Shown here: positions 15,455 through 24,420 of the stretch, piece after piece
How the letters are laid out: each line of letters starts with the position of its first letter
Numbering within the stretch: the stretch's first letter is position 1
Source of the DNA: a phage
Sequence record: PZ452614.1
Direction: 5' to 3' (one strand)
DNA: 39,092 bases
The notes under the pieces: generated by a model
The model's database searches: none
What the model was told of the DNA's origin: nothing
Seen by the model: only the letters and a program-made list of their open reading frames with translations
Translations under genes and position numbers: made by a program

Positions 15455-17134
15455 ATGGCGGAAACAACTAAAGAGCGATTGAACAAACAGTTCGCACAAC
15501 TTGAAAGCGAGCGTCAGTCGTTCGAGCCGCACTGGCGCGAGTTGAGTGATTACATCAACCCGCGTGGTTCCCGCTTTCTGACTTCTGAGGTCAACCGTAA
15601 CGATCGACGCAATACACGCATTATTGATTCGACCGGGACTATGGCGGCGCGCACTCTCGCCAGCGGCATGATGTCAGGCATCACAAGCCCCGCGCGTCCG
15701 TGGTTTCGCCTGGCTACGCCAGATCCTGAAATGATGGATTATGGCCCTGTTAAGTTGTGGCTTGAGGCGGTGCAGAACCGCATGAACGATATGTTCAATA
15801 AGTCGAATCTCTATCAGTCGCTGCCGCAGTTATACGGAAGCCTCGGCACATACAGCACTGGCGCAATGGCGGTGCTGGATGATGACGAGGACATCATTCG
15901 TACAATGCCATTCCCGATAGGCAGTTACTACCTGGCTAACTCACCTCGTGGCAGTGTGGACACCTGTTTTCGCAAGTTCTCTATGACTGTTCGTCAGCTT
16001 GTTCAGGAGTTCGGACTAAATAACGTCAGCGAATCCGTAAAAAGCATGTGGGAAAGCGGCACCTACGAGAAGTGGATTGAAGTGATGCATTCGGTTTACC
16101 CGAACATTGACCGCGATACATCGAAGCTGGATAGCAAGAACAAGCCATTCAAATCGGTTTATTACGAGGTTGGTGGCGATAACGACAAGTTGTTGCGTGA
16201 GTCCGGATTCGATGAGTTTCCAATTATGGCTCCGCGCTGGGAAGTTAATGGCGAAGATGTTTATGGATCATCATGCCCGGGTATGCTGGCGCTTGGACCT
16301 GTTAAGGCATTGCAGCTTCTCCAGAAGCGCAAGTCGCAGTTGATTGATAAAGCCACCAATCCGCCGATGGTTGCTCCGACTTCCCTCAAGAATCAGCGCG
16401 CCTCCCTTCTTCCTGGCGACATCACGTATATCGATCAGATTACTGGTCAGGATGGCTTCAGGCCTGCTTATCTGGTTAACCCCAGTACAGCAGATTTGGT
16501 AGCAGACATTCAGGACACTCGTCAAATCATTAACAGCGCCTACTTTGTCGATCTGTTCATGATGTTGCAGAACATCAATACCCGCTCAATGCCTGTTGAA
16601 GCGGTGATCGAAATGAAAGAAGAAAAACTTCTGATGTTGGGGCCGGTTCTGGAGCGCCTGAACGACGAATGTCTTAATCCTCTCATTGATCGCTCTTTCT
16701 CGATGATGGTGCGTAAAAACATGCTGCCGCCACCGCCAGACGTGATGGAAGGTATGCCCCTGAAGGTCGAATACATTTCCGTCATGGCTCAGGCGCAGAA
16801 GTCTATCGGCCTGTCCAGTCTGGCGTCTACGGTCAACTTCATTGGTCAACTTGCGCAAGTGAAACCAGAAGCTCTCGACAAACTCAACGTTGATCAGGCG
16901 ATCGATGCATTCGCTGATATGTCCGGAGTGTCTCCAACCGTCATTGTTCCGCAGGAACAGGTTGAGCAGGCTCGCCAGCAACGGGCACAGCAGCAACAGC
17001 AGCAACAAATGATGGCGATGGGGATGGCGGCGGCACAGGGGGTCAAGACGCTAAGCGAAGCTAAAACTTCGGATCCGAGTGTTTTGTCAGCTATGGCGAA
17101 TGCAGTTAGTGGTCAGGGTGGGCAATCACAATGA
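15455..17134 (+). CDS. Portal protein
   Basis: 559 aa; position after terminase and before scaffold/capsid; Gln-rich C-terminus. Confidence 0.75.
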   Translation: MAETTKERLNKQFAQLESERQSFEPHWRELSDYINPRGSRFLTSEVNRNDRRNTRIIDSTGTMAARTLASGMMSGITSPARPWFRLATPDPEMMDYGPVKLWLEAVQNRMNDMFNKSNLYQSLPQLYGSLGTYSTGAMAVLDDDEDIIRTMPFPIGSYYLANSPRGSVDTCFRKFSMTVRQLVQEFGLNNVSESVKSMWESGTYEKWIEVMHSVYPNIDRDTSKLDSKNKPFKSVYYEVGGDNDKLLRESGFDEFPIMAPRWEVNGEDVYGSSCPGMLALGPVKALQLLQKRKSQLIDKATNPPMVAPTSLKNQRASLLPGDITYIDQITGQDGFRPAYLVNPSTADLVADIQDTRQIINSAYFVDLFMMLQNINTRSMPVEAVIEMKEEKLLMLGPVLERLNDECLNPLIDRSFSMMVRKNMLPPPPDVMEGMPLKVEYISVMAQAQKSIGLSSLASTVNFIGQLAQVKPEALDKLNVDQAIDAFADMSGVSPTVIVPQEQVEQARQQRAQQQQQQQMMAMGMAAAQGVKTLSEAKTSDPSVLSAMANAVSGQGGQSQ

Positions 17135-17427
17135 CAGATTACGAAGACGATCAACTGAAAGAAGAAAACGCCCGTAAGCAACGTGACATGGCACAGCGTG
17201 AAATTGATGACATTCGCTTTGTCATGAGCTGTGAACAGGGGCGTCGGGTTGTCTGGTCGGTACTGGAGAAAGGCCGTGTGTTTTCCGCTATCTCGCCGAT
17301 GGACGCTATGGCAATGGCATTTAATGAGGGGCAACGCAATCTGGCGCTGGAACTGTTTCAGCGCGTTATGGCGCATTGCCCTGAACAGTATTTGAAGATG
17401 GCCAAAGAGGCCAGTGAACAGGAGTGA
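17131..17427 (+). CDS. Hypothetical protein (98 aa)
   Basis: ATGA-coupled to portal. Confidence 0.5.
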   Translation: MTDYEDDQLKEENARKQRDMAQREIDDIRFVMSCEQGRRVVWSVLEKGRVFSAISPMDAMAMAFNEGQRNLALELFQRVMAHCPEQYLKMAKEASEQE

Positions 17428-17429
17428 TC

Positions 17430-18125
17430 ATGAGTTTATTTGAGCGTTTGCTGTATCGCCGTCTTTGCAATGAGCAACCAGTCGATGGTGGAGTAGTTCC
17501 GGCTGCGTCAGAACCGTCAGCGCCTGCAGGTGATAACCCTGCTCCAGTTGGTGATCCATCACAACAGGAAGGTGATAAGCCACAACCTGTTGCTGATGGC
17601 GATAAACCTGCTGATGACAAAAAGTCTGAAAACGATAAGCAGGATGAAAAAAAGGACGGCGATAAACCAGAGGGTGCGCCTGAGAAGTACGAGTTTCAGG
17701 CTGCCGAAGGCGTAGAGCTGGATACAGAAGCGTTGAAGGAGTTCGAGCCGGTGGCTCGAGAACTAAACCTGACCAACGAGCAAGCGCAAAAGCTGGTTGA
17801 TGCTTATCCGAAGATTCTGGCAGGTGTTCAGCAGCGCCAGGCAGAAGCCTGGCAGAAAACAACCGAGCAGTGGGCTGCGGATATAAAAGCTGACAAAGAA
17901 ATCGGTGGCGACAAGTTGATTTCTAACCTTAGCGCCGCACAGCGTGCGCTTGACCAGTTCGGGACACCTGAACTCAAAGAATATCTGAACACCACCGGGC
18001 TGGGTAATCACCCTGATCTGGTCAAAACGTTCGTGAAAATCGGAAAGGCGATGTCTGAAGATGGCATGGTCACCGGTGGTAATGAAGGCCAGCGTAGTGC
18101 GGCCGAAGTGCTCTATGGCAAATAA
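17430..18125 (+). CDS. Scaffolding protein (putative)
   Basis: Acidic, low-complexity, helical protein directly upstream of the capsid gene; GGAG before ATG at 17430. Confidence 0.6.
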   Translation: MSLFERLLYRRLCNEQPVDGGVVPAASEPSAPAGDNPAPVGDPSQQEGDKPQPVADGDKPADDKKSENDKQDEKKDGDKPEGAPEKYEFQAAEGVELDTEALKEFEPVARELNLTNEQAQKLVDAYPKILAGVQQRQAEAWQKTTEQWAADIKADKEIGGDKLISNLSAAQRALDQFGTPELKEYLNTTGLGNHPDLVKTFVKIGKAMSEDGMVTGGNEGQRSAAEVLYGK

Positions 18126-18133
18126 GAGAGGAA

Positions 18134-19126
18134 ATGACAATGGCTGTTAAAGGCTTAACTGCGCTAACGCTGGCTGACTGGGGTAAGCGCGTCGATCCAA
18201 ACGGGAAAGTCGATAAGATTATCGAGCTTCTCGGTCAAACTAACCCGATCCTTCAGGATATGCCTTTTGTCGAAGGGAACCTTCCTACCGGACACCGAAC
18301 CACCATTCGTTCTGGTTTACCTTCAGCTACCTGGCGTTTGCTGAACTATGGTGTACAGCCAAGCAAATCAACCACAGTGCAGGTCACCGATTCCGTTGGC
18401 ATGCTGGAAACCTATGCTGAAGTCGATAAGTCACTGGCTGATTTGAACGGCAATACCGCCGAATTCCGCCTGTCTGAAGACCGCGCATTTATTGAAGCGA
18501 TGAATCAGCAGATGGCGCAGACGCTGTTTTATGGTGATTCCAGCGTTAACCCTCAGCAGTTTATGGGACTGTCCTCCCGCTATTCCAGTCTGTCTGCGGG
18601 TAATGCTCAGAACATCATTGATGCTGGTGGCACGGGTACAGATAACACCTCAATCTGGTTAGTGGTGTGGGGCGAAAACACCGTGCATGGCATCTTCCCG
18701 AAAGGGAAGAAGGCTGGCATCCAGATGGAAGATAAAGGCCAGGTGACACTGGAAGATGCTAATGGCGGCAAGTACGAAGGCTATCGCACCCATTACAAAT
18801 GGGACAACGGACTTGCTCTGCGTGACTGGCGTTATGTTGTTCGCATTGCAAACATCGATGTCAGCAATCTTTCAGAACCTTCCTCTGCCGCAAATATTGC
18901 GAAGTTGATGGTTAAAGCACTGCATCGCATTCCAAACCGTGGCATGGGCCGCCCGGTGTTCTACATGAACCGCACTGTAGGCCAGGCTCTTGATCTGCAG
19001 TCTCTGGAGAAAACATCTCTGGCTATCAGCGTAAAAGAGACTGAAGGCGAGTGGTGGACTTCATTCCGTGGTGTACCAATCCGTGAAACTGATGCGCTTC
19101 TGGAAACAGAAGCCCGCGTGGTGTAA
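18134..19126 (+). CDS. Major capsid protein (putative)
   Basis: 330 aa; follows scaffold; terminator-like hairpins downstream; alternative start at 18140. Confidence 0.65.
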   Translation: MTMAVKGLTALTLADWGKRVDPNGKVDKIIELLGQTNPILQDMPFVEGNLPTGHRTTIRSGLPSATWRLLNYGVQPSKSTTVQVTDSVGMLETYAEVDKSLADLNGNTAEFRLSEDRAFIEAMNQQMAQTLFYGDSSVNPQQFMGLSSRYSSLSAGNAQNIIDAGGTGTDNTSIWLVVWGENTVHGIFPKGKKAGIQMEDKGQVTLEDANGGKYEGYRTHYKWDNGLALRDWRYVVRIANIDVSNLSEPSSAANIAKLMVKALHRIPNRGMGRPVFYMNRTVGQALDLQSLEKTSLAISVKETEGEWWTSFRGVPIRETDALLETEARVV

Positions 19127-19177
19127 CGCCTGTTATTAACCTGTGGGTCGTAACAGACCCACTAATGGAGAAAGAAG

Positions 19178-19615
19178 ATGATCACCGACAAACTGTTGAT
19201 GTTCTCCGAAGCTCAGGCGGTTACGAATACCGCGGCTTCTACTGACGTAATCGATCTCGGTCCAATTGACGGAAAACGTCGTGATATCGGCGTGGGTTAC
19301 CCGCTTGAGTTTTGGGCGCTGGTTAACGAAGCCGCCACGGCAAGTGGTGAGGCAACTGTAAACATCCAGTTGCAGACGAGTGAGAATAACAGCTCATGGA
19401 CCACTATTTATGATAGTGGTGCACTGGCAAAGACCGCCCTGACAGCAGGTAAACGAGTTGTTTCTGCAAAGGTGCCTGCCGGTGTTCAGCGATATCTGCG
19501 TGTTAACTACTCCGTCGCAACTGGCCCACTAACGGCTGGCGAATTCACTGCTGGTATCAGTCTTGATGTTGATGCCAATACGCCGTATCCGATCCGCTCA
19601 AAAGTAACTGGTTAA
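19178..19615 (+). CDS. Hypothetical virion protein (145 aa)
   Basis: Shine-Dalgarno GGAG; position right after the capsid gene. Confidence 0.5.
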   Translation: MITDKLLMFSEAQAVTNTAASTDVIDLGPIDGKRRDIGVGYPLEFWALVNEAATASGEATVNIQLQTSENNSSWTTIYDSGALAKTALTAGKRVVSAKVPAGVQRYLRVNYSVATGPLTAGEFTAGISLDVDANTPYPIRSKVTG

Positions 19616-19625
19616 GGTGATATCG

Positions 19626-19961
19626 ATGTCAGGTGAGAAACCAAGATACCGCGTTCTGCGCCTCTCTCATATCCATAACACTCTGTGGCCGGAGGGGGCA
19701 GAAATCGAATACGAAGGTGAGCCTGGTAGCGCACTGGAACCTGTTAACGATGCAGCCAGACAGGCAAAAGCAAAGGTAGCAGGAAAGGTGTCAATGGCAG
19801 CAACCAGTACCAAAATCATCAACGATGTGTCAGATGATGGTGAGCTGGATAAGCTCCGTGAAGAGTACGAATTGCTCTTTAACGAGAAGCCACACCATAA
19901 CGCCAAAGCCGAAACGCTCCGCGAGAAGATCGCAGATAAGCGTAAAGAACTTGGCGTGTAA
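19626..19961 (+). CDS. Hypothetical protein (111 aa)
   Basis: ATG at 19626 after AGGTGA. Confidence 0.5.
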   Translation: MSGEKPRYRVLRLSHIHNTLWPEGAEIEYEGEPGSALEPVNDAARQAKAKVAGKVSMAATSTKIINDVSDDGELDKLREEYELLFNEKPHHNAKAETLREKIADKRKELGV

Positions 19962-19977
19962 GCCTCGCGGATCAGAC

Positions 19978-19999
19978 AAGGGGCTTCGGCCCCTTTATT
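19978..19999 (+). terminator. Terminator-like hairpin after the head gene block
   Basis: Stem aaggggc/gcccctt with loop ttcg, then TATTG. Confidence 0.5.
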
Positions 20000-20011
20000 G
20001 CAGGAGTGTAT

Positions 20012-20335
20012 ATGGAACTCGTAAACCTCAAAACCGGCACTGACAGCTACCAGGATGAGAGCGGAGAAACCAGAACTCGCGATGAATACCCGTGGGGGCT
20101 GTGCATCACTCTTAATAACGACACATTGAATAAGCTGAAGGCGCAACCTAAGGGCGTCGGAACGGAAGTGATGATAACTGCAAAGGCTGTTATTCGAGGC
20201 CTGTCTGCCAGAGAAACTAACGATGGCGTTAATCGCAGCGCCGATCTGCAGATCACTGATATGGCGATCGCTCCTGTTTCCGGGGATGTAGAAAAATCAG
20301 CGGCTGAAACTCTGTACGGTAACGGAGGTGAGTGA
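20012..20335 (+). CDS. Hypothetical virion protein (107 aa)
   Basis: ATG at 20012 after GGAG. Confidence 0.5.
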   Translation: MELVNLKTGTDSYQDESGETRTRDEYPWGLCITLNNDTLNKLKAQPKGVGTEVMITAKAVIRGLSARETNDGVNRSADLQITDMAIAPVSGDVEKSAAETLYGNGGE

Positions 20336-20940
20336 TGGCCTCTGTAGTAGAGATCTGTAATCGTGCGCTGTCCAATATTGGCAACAGCCGCAGCATTAAC
20401 AGCCTGACGGAAGCCAGCAAGGAAGCGGGGGAATGTTCGCTGCACTTTGAGGCCTGTCGTGATGCTGTGCTTTCTGATTTTGACTGGAACTTTGCTACCA
20501 AACGCGTGGCGCTTGCAGATACGAGCAATCCACCGCCTGACTGGGAATATGCGTACCAGTACCCGTCAGATTGTCTGCGCATTACTGAAATTATGCTTCC
20601 TGGTGTACGCAATCCAACAGCAGCAATGCGCGTTCAGTACGAAGTTGGTGCAGACACCAACGGAACAGGAAAGTTGATCTACACAGACCAGCCTCAGGCA
20701 TGGCTCAAGTATGTCTCTCGCGTTACAGATGTGAACATGTTTGATGCCATTTTTATGGAGGCGTTGGCCTGGCGTCTTGCGGCAGCTATTAACATGGCGC
20801 TGACTGGGAATGCAGACCTCGGTACGTTTGCCCTCAATATGTACAATCGCGTGATTCTTAGTGCTGGCTCGCATAGCCAGAATGAATCACAGGAACCACA
20901 GCCACCGGTTGATGAGTTTACCATTGCGAGGTTGTCCTGA
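20335..20940 (+). CDS. Putative head-tail adaptor / tail protein (201 aa)
   Basis: Position between head genes and the large tail protein; GGAGGTGA upstream. Confidence 0.45.
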   Translation: MASVVEICNRALSNIGNSRSINSLTEASKEAGECSLHFEACRDAVLSDFDWNFATKRVALADTSNPPPDWEYAYQYPSDCLRITEIMLPGVRNPTAAMRVQYEVGADTNGTGKLIYTDQPQAWLKYVSRVTDVNMFDAIFMEALAWRLAAAINMALTGNADLGTFALNMYNRVILSAGSHSQNESQEPQPPVDEFTIARLS

Positions 20941-23411
20941 TGGCTATCAGTTGGATCCAGCCCAGCTTTGCCGGTGGTGAGATTGGACCGTCGTTGTACG
21001 GGCGTATTGACATGGCGAAGTACCAGGTAGCATTGCGCAAGTGCGATAACTTTATCGTGCGGCAGTATGGCGGCGTTGAGAATCGACCTGGTACGCGTTT
21101 TGTCGGTGCCGCCAAATACCCAAATCGGAAATGCCGCCTGATCCCGTTCCAATTCTCGACGGTTCAGACTTATGCTCTGGAGTTCGGACACCAGTACATG
21201 CGCGTTATCAAAGATGGTGCGTTGGTGCTGAACAGCAGCAATGTTATTTATGAAATTGCCACGCCATATACTGAAGCCGATCTGTTCCGAATTAAATTCA
21301 CGCAAAGCGCCGACGTGCTTACGCTGGTTCACCCGGCATACCCGCCGAAAGAGCTGCGCCGCTATGCGCATGACAACTGGCAACTGGTTGATGTGGTAAC
21401 GAAGAACGGGCCATTTGAAGATATCAATATTGATGAGTCATTGACGGTTTATGCCAGCGCCAGCACCGGGACAATTACGTTAACGGCAAGCGCCTCTATT
21501 TTTGGCGCGGAGCAGGTAGGCAAATTGTTCTATCTGGAACAGCCTGCAGTGGATTCTGTGCCGGTATGGGAAACCAGTAAGAGTACGTCGATTGGCGATA
21601 TTCGCCGTGCAGACAGTAACTACTATCGCGCCGTTACAGCAGGCAAAACAGGCACTTTGCGCCCTTCGCATACAGAAGGCACATCATGGGATGGCTGGGG
21701 CGGATCCGGTGATGATGATACTGGCATTGAGTGGGAGTATCTGCACAGTGGTTTTGGCATTGCCCGTATAACTGCTGTAAATGGCACTACTGCAACTGCT
21801 GAGGTGATTTCCTATATCCCTTCGCAGGTCGTTGGCGAGGATAATGCCAGCTATAAATGGGCTAAATATGCCTGGAACAGTGTTAACGGTTATCCTGGCA
21901 CGGTTGTTTATTATCAACAACGTCTTTACTTCGCCGCATCGACAGCGTTCCCTCAGACTATCTGGGCCAGCCGTACTGGGGATTATAAGGATTTTGGCAA
22001 AAGCAATCCTACGCAGGATGACGACAGAATTATCTACACCTATGCCGGGCGTCAGGTTAATGAGATCCGCCACCTGATTGATGTCGGTTCGCTGGTGGCA
22101 CTGACTTCCGGAGGTGAGTACGTCATCACCGGCGACCAGAACAAAGTGTTAACCCCATCATCATTTGCATTCAGCTCTCAGGGATCAAATGGCTCAAGCA
22201 ACGTCCCACCAATTGCCGTGGCGAATATTGCTCTGTTCGTCCAGGAGAAAGGCAGTGTTGTCCGTGATCTGGCCTACTCATTCGATGTTGACGGCTATCA
22301 GGGGAACGACCTGACCATCCTTGCCAATCATCTTTTTCAGAAGCACAGCATTGTTGACTGGTGCTTCTCTATTGTCCCTTACTCCAGCGCCTTCTGCATT
22401 CGTGATGACGGTAAATTACTGGTGATGACCTATTTGCGTGATCAGCAGGTTTTTGCATGGGCACCACAATCCAGTACCGGAAAATATGAAAGCACATGCA
22501 GTATCAGCGAAGGAAATGAAGATGCGGTGTATTTCGTCGTTAACCGAACCGTTAACGGGCAAACAGTGAGATACATCGAGCGACTGTCCAGCCGTTTATT
22601 TACCAGCGATGAAGATGCTTTCTTTGTTGATTCTGGCCTTAGCTATGATGGAAGAAACACGTCTGACAGAACGATGACCATCACTGGTGGTTCTGGCGAA
22701 TGGGATTACCTCGCGGAATATACAATCAGTGTTTCTGGTGGTGCGTACTTCACCAGTAGTGATGTTGGTGCGCAACTACAGTTCCCTTATACCGGAGCTG
22801 ATCCTGATACTGGCTATGAAGTGTCAAAAGAATTACGTTGCGACATTATTTCTGTAACCAGCAATACCGCAGTAGTGGTTCGTGCTAACAGGAACGTCCC
22901 GCCATCCCTCAGGAATGTGGCCACCACGAACTGGCAGATGGCGCGCCGGACATTTGGCGGCTTGTCTCATCTTGAAGGCCAGACCGTAAACATCCTCTCT
23001 GATGCGAACGTGGAACCACAAAAAGTGGTTTCCGGAGGTGCCGTCACGCTGGAATCACCGGGGGCTGTTGTGCACATCGGCCTGCCAATAACTGCTGAAT
23101 TCGAAACACTGGATATCAACATTAACGGACAGGAAACGCTGCTGGACAAAAAACAGGTGATCCCGTCCGTTACTCTGGTTGTGAATGCCAGTCGCGGAAT
23201 CTGGGCGACTACGCCCGGCGGTAAATGGTACGAATATCCACAGCGTGAATTCGAGTTCTACGATGATCCTGTTGATGATGCTACCGGAAAAGTAGAAGTG
23301 AAACTGGACAGTAACTGGGGCAAAAACGGGCGTGTAAAAATCCGTCAGCTTGACCCGTTGCCGCTGTCTGTTCTTGCCGTTATTCCTCGCCTTACTGTTG
23401 GGGGATTCTGA
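20940..23411 (+). CDS. Large tail protein (823 aa; podovirus tail tube/nozzle-like)
   Basis: Size and position; ATGA coupling. Confidence 0.55.
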   Translation: MAISWIQPSFAGGEIGPSLYGRIDMAKYQVALRKCDNFIVRQYGGVENRPGTRFVGAAKYPNRKCRLIPFQFSTVQTYALEFGHQYMRVIKDGALVLNSSNVIYEIATPYTEADLFRIKFTQSADVLTLVHPAYPPKELRRYAHDNWQLVDVVTKNGPFEDINIDESLTVYASASTGTITLTASASIFGAEQVGKLFYLEQPAVDSVPVWETSKSTSIGDIRRADSNYYRAVTAGKTGTLRPSHTEGTSWDGWGGSGDDDTGIEWEYLHSGFGIARITAVNGTTATAEVISYIPSQVVGEDNASYKWAKYAWNSVNGYPGTVVYYQQRLYFAASTAFPQTIWASRTGDYKDFGKSNPTQDDDRIIYTYAGRQVNEIRHLIDVGSLVALTSGGEYVITGDQNKVLTPSSFAFSSQGSNGSSNVPPIAVANIALFVQEKGSVVRDLAYSFDVDGYQGNDLTILANHLFQKHSIVDWCFSIVPYSSAFCIRDDGKLLVMTYLRDQQVFAWAPQSSTGKYESTCSISEGNEDAVYFVVNRTVNGQTVRYIERLSSRLFTSDEDAFFVDSGLSYDGRNTSDRTMTITGGSGEWDYLAEYTISVSGGAYFTSSDVGAQLQFPYTGADPDTGYEVSKELRCDIISVTSNTAVVVRANRNVPPSLRNVATTNWQMARRTFGGLSHLEGQTVNILSDANVEPQKVVSGGAVTLESPGAVVHIGLPITAEFETLDININGQETLLDKKQVIPSVTLVVNASRGIWATTPGGKWYEYPQREFEFYDDPVDDATGKVEVKLDSNWGKNGRVKIRQLDPLPLSVLAVIPRLTVGGF

Positions 23412-23875
23412 TGATCTATGTTCAAATTATTCCCGCTACCGAAGAGCATCTTCAGATGATTTTGCCGGATGTTCGTCAGGCTGATATTGACGAACTGTAT
23501 GCGGTATCGCTGATGACTACCGAAGATGCGCTGCGCGTTGGTCTTCGCACTGCGACTATGGCCTGGTCAGGGTTCGCGAACGGAGAACTGGTAACCATGT
23601 TTGGTGTATCTCCGGCGTCAATGATCGGTGGCAATGGTACGCCCTGGCTGGTAGGAACCAGCCGTATTGAAAAATATCAGAAGACATTTCTGCGCCACTG
23701 CCGCCCTGTATTGCAGCAGATGCTGGCAGTTTATCCGCGCCTGGAAAACTACGTCGACGAGCGAAACCATGTTGCCAAAGCATGGCTGCACTGGCTTGGA
23801 TTCAGGCTTGAAGAAGCCGCGCCTTATGGTGCTCTTGGTCTTAATTTCCACAGATTTCACATGGAGAGAAAATAA
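23411..23875 (+). CDS. Hypothetical virion-associated protein (154 aa)
   Basis: ATGA-coupled; no confident family. Confidence 0.45.
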   Translation: MIYVQIIPATEEHLQMILPDVRQADIDELYAVSLMTTEDALRVGLRTATMAWSGFANGELVTMFGVSPASMIGGNGTPWLVGTSRIEKYQKTFLRHCRPVLQQMLAVYPRLENYVDERNHVAKAWLHWLGFRLEEAAPYGALGLNFHRFHMERK

Positions 23876-24420
23876 TGTGCGATCCGGTTATTGCTGGTGG
23901 CGCAATGCTCGCCATGAGTGGCATTCAGGCATACACCCAGTATCAACAGGGAAAGTATGCCTCGAAGGTTGCAGAAGCGAACGCAGATATAGCCACAGCT
24001 CAGGCAAATGATGCAATAAACAGAGGTAACGCTGAAGCTGAGCAACGACGCAGAGAGACCCGACAGCGGCTTGGTACACAGGCGGCGACAATGGGGGCTA
24101 CCGGCGCTGATTTATCTACAGGTAACGCGCTGGATATATTTGGCGACACTGCCCAGTTTGGCGCTCTTGATTCGCTGACGACGGTGAATAACGCGCAACG
24201 CGAGGCTTACGGTTATCAGGTCCAGGCTGCCAACTATAAAGCAGAAGCCAGTTCAGCCCGTAAACAGGGGAATGTGGGAGCAGCAACAACATTGCTCACT
24301 GCGCCTCTGAAGGCATACGGTGCGTACCAGATGTTTGGTGGGACGTGGAGTCCGTTTACTCAAAGCACTCCTGCGCCAATCGGGGCAGCAGCAGGAACCA
24401 GATTACCCGGAGGATTATAA
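23875..24420 (+). CDS. Putative internal virion protein (181 aa)
   Basis: Ala/Gln-rich; Shine-Dalgarno GGAGAG; position in the ejection-protein block. Confidence 0.5.
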   Translation: MCDPVIAGGAMLAMSGIQAYTQYQQGKYASKVAEANADIATAQANDAINRGNAEAEQRRRETRQRLGTQAATMGATGADLSTGNALDIFGDTAQFGALDSLTTVNNAQREAYGYQVQAANYKAEASSARKQGNVGAATTLLTAPLKAYGAYQMFGGTWSPFTQSTPAPIGAAAGTRLPGGL